This document shows, in pieces, positions 62,901 to 64,000 of a stretch of 64,000 nucleotides of DNA. The translations under genes were made by a program, and so were the position numbers. The notes under the pieces were generated by a model. It was not told the DNA's origin. It ran no database searches and worked only from the letters and a program-made list of their open reading frames with translations. The DNA is from Marsupella aquatica. Taxonomy: Eukaryota > Plantae > Marchantiophyta. The stretch's first letter is position 1; each line of letters begins with the position of its first letter. Where the stretch lies: NCBI GenBank assembly GCA_973895155.1, contig OZ316892.1, positions 12,030,238 to 12,094,237 of the forward strand, in the 5' to 3' direction.

Positions 62901-64000
62901 GAGAGCCAACTTTAGATTCCTTGCAAGGTTGGAATATTCCTATACCCTAATCCCGCACCCACATCATGCGGAGAAGCACCACTCCCCTGCCCATTCCATT
63001 GGTGCAACACTACCTCTTGGAGAACCAAAAAATAGGTTTTATTTGCCTTTGGATGTGATGGTATACATCCATGGTTGCACTTTTGGCAAATCACTCCAAA
63101 GTCGTACGACTTGGGAGTGATTTCCCCAAAGGTGCATCATGCCTCAAGTAAACGCAAAAACATGTGTCCAAAGTGTTTATGTCGCAACTAGTGGTTGGAC
63201 AATGATGAATATAGTGTCCCGCACCCAGTGGAGGGGTTCTCACCTCTATGTGGGGCCCCATGGCACTCTAGGGCCCACCTCAAGCCCCTAGCCCCAAACT
63301 GGTCATTTGTGCTTTTCCTTAATGACTGCATGAGGGACCCCTAAAATGACCACATATCCAGTCATTTGACTGATATGACTCTCCATATGACATTTTTAAT
63401 GACCCTAATTTTAGTCATTGGCATTTATGACGGGCCATTGCTCACATATGACCCAATAAAGGCCCTAGTACCTCCAAAGAGAGCCAGCTTTAGATTCCTT
63501 GCAAGGTTGGAATATTCCTATACCCTAATCCCACACCCACACCATGCAGAGAAGCAGGACTCCCCTGCCCATTCCATTGGTGCAGCACTACCTCTTGGAG
63601 AACCAAAAATATGTTTTATTTGCCTTTGGATGTGATGGTATACATCCATGGTTGAACTTTTGGCACGACTTGGGAGTGATTTCCCCAAAGTGCATCATGC
63701 CTCAAGTAAACGCAAAAACACGTGTCCAAAGTGTTTATGTCACAACTAGTGGTTGGACAATGATGAGTATAGTGTCCCGCACCTAGTGGAGGGGTTCACC
63801 TCTATGTGGGGCCCCATGGCACTCTAGGGCCCACCTCAAGCCCCTAGCCCCAAACTGGTCATTTGTGCTTTTCCTTTTAATGACTGCATAAGGGACCCCT
63901 CAAATGACCACAAATCCAATCATTAGACTGATATGACTCTCCATATGACAGTTTTAATGACCCTACTTTTAGTCATTGGCATTTATGACGGGCCATTGCT
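60000..64000. repeat. Tandem satellite, unit ~520-600 bp, about 7 copies
   Basis: Anchor ACTAGTGGTTGGACAATGATGA.TATAGTGTCCCGCACC at 60941, 61537, 62092 (diverged), 62609, 63187 and 63745; a further degenerate copy near 60405. Confidence 0.92.

Larger units (their letters stand above)
53884..64000. mobile_element. CACTA transposon 3 (left end seen; extends beyond the window)
   Basis: CACTAGTACAAAA terminus followed by ~800 bp of ATGAC/GTCAT subterminal repeats; the same motif saturates 60000-64000. Confidence 0.7.

Noticed and set aside
60949-63786. Recurrent MDNDEYSVPHLVE ORFs
   Set aside because: Satellite units with non-ATG starts and inconsistent frames between copies; no coding signature.

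Overview
Eukaryotic, intron-containing, transposon-dense DNA; the TE families and gene content point to a land plant, possibly a bryophyte (inference). One clear host-type gene is present: a four-exon NB-ARC (STAND) gene with an N-terminal helical domain and ARM-like plus TPR repeats instead of LRRs, broken by two frameshifts (10159-15672). The rest is nested mobile DNA: three copies of one ~320-350 bp solo LTR; a 4.16 kb TG..CA element with a 5-bp TSD carrying an intact 617-aa ORF; LINE and Ty1/copia fragments; and three CACTA (En/Spm) elements. The most striking signal is chromatin-related cargo in the CACTAs. Element 1 (22215-31922, complete) has a SET-domain exon inside the first intron of its transposase gene, apparently sharing exon 1 by alternative splicing. 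Element 2 (from 37493) has an intact transposase in a co-oriented row of EDM2-type PHD, tandem BRCT, F-box, TnpD and TnpA ORFs, each with a 3' splice acceptor just upstream of its ATG. Element 3 runs into a ~560-bp tandem satellite. All domain calls come from motif recognition by eye, not database searches.
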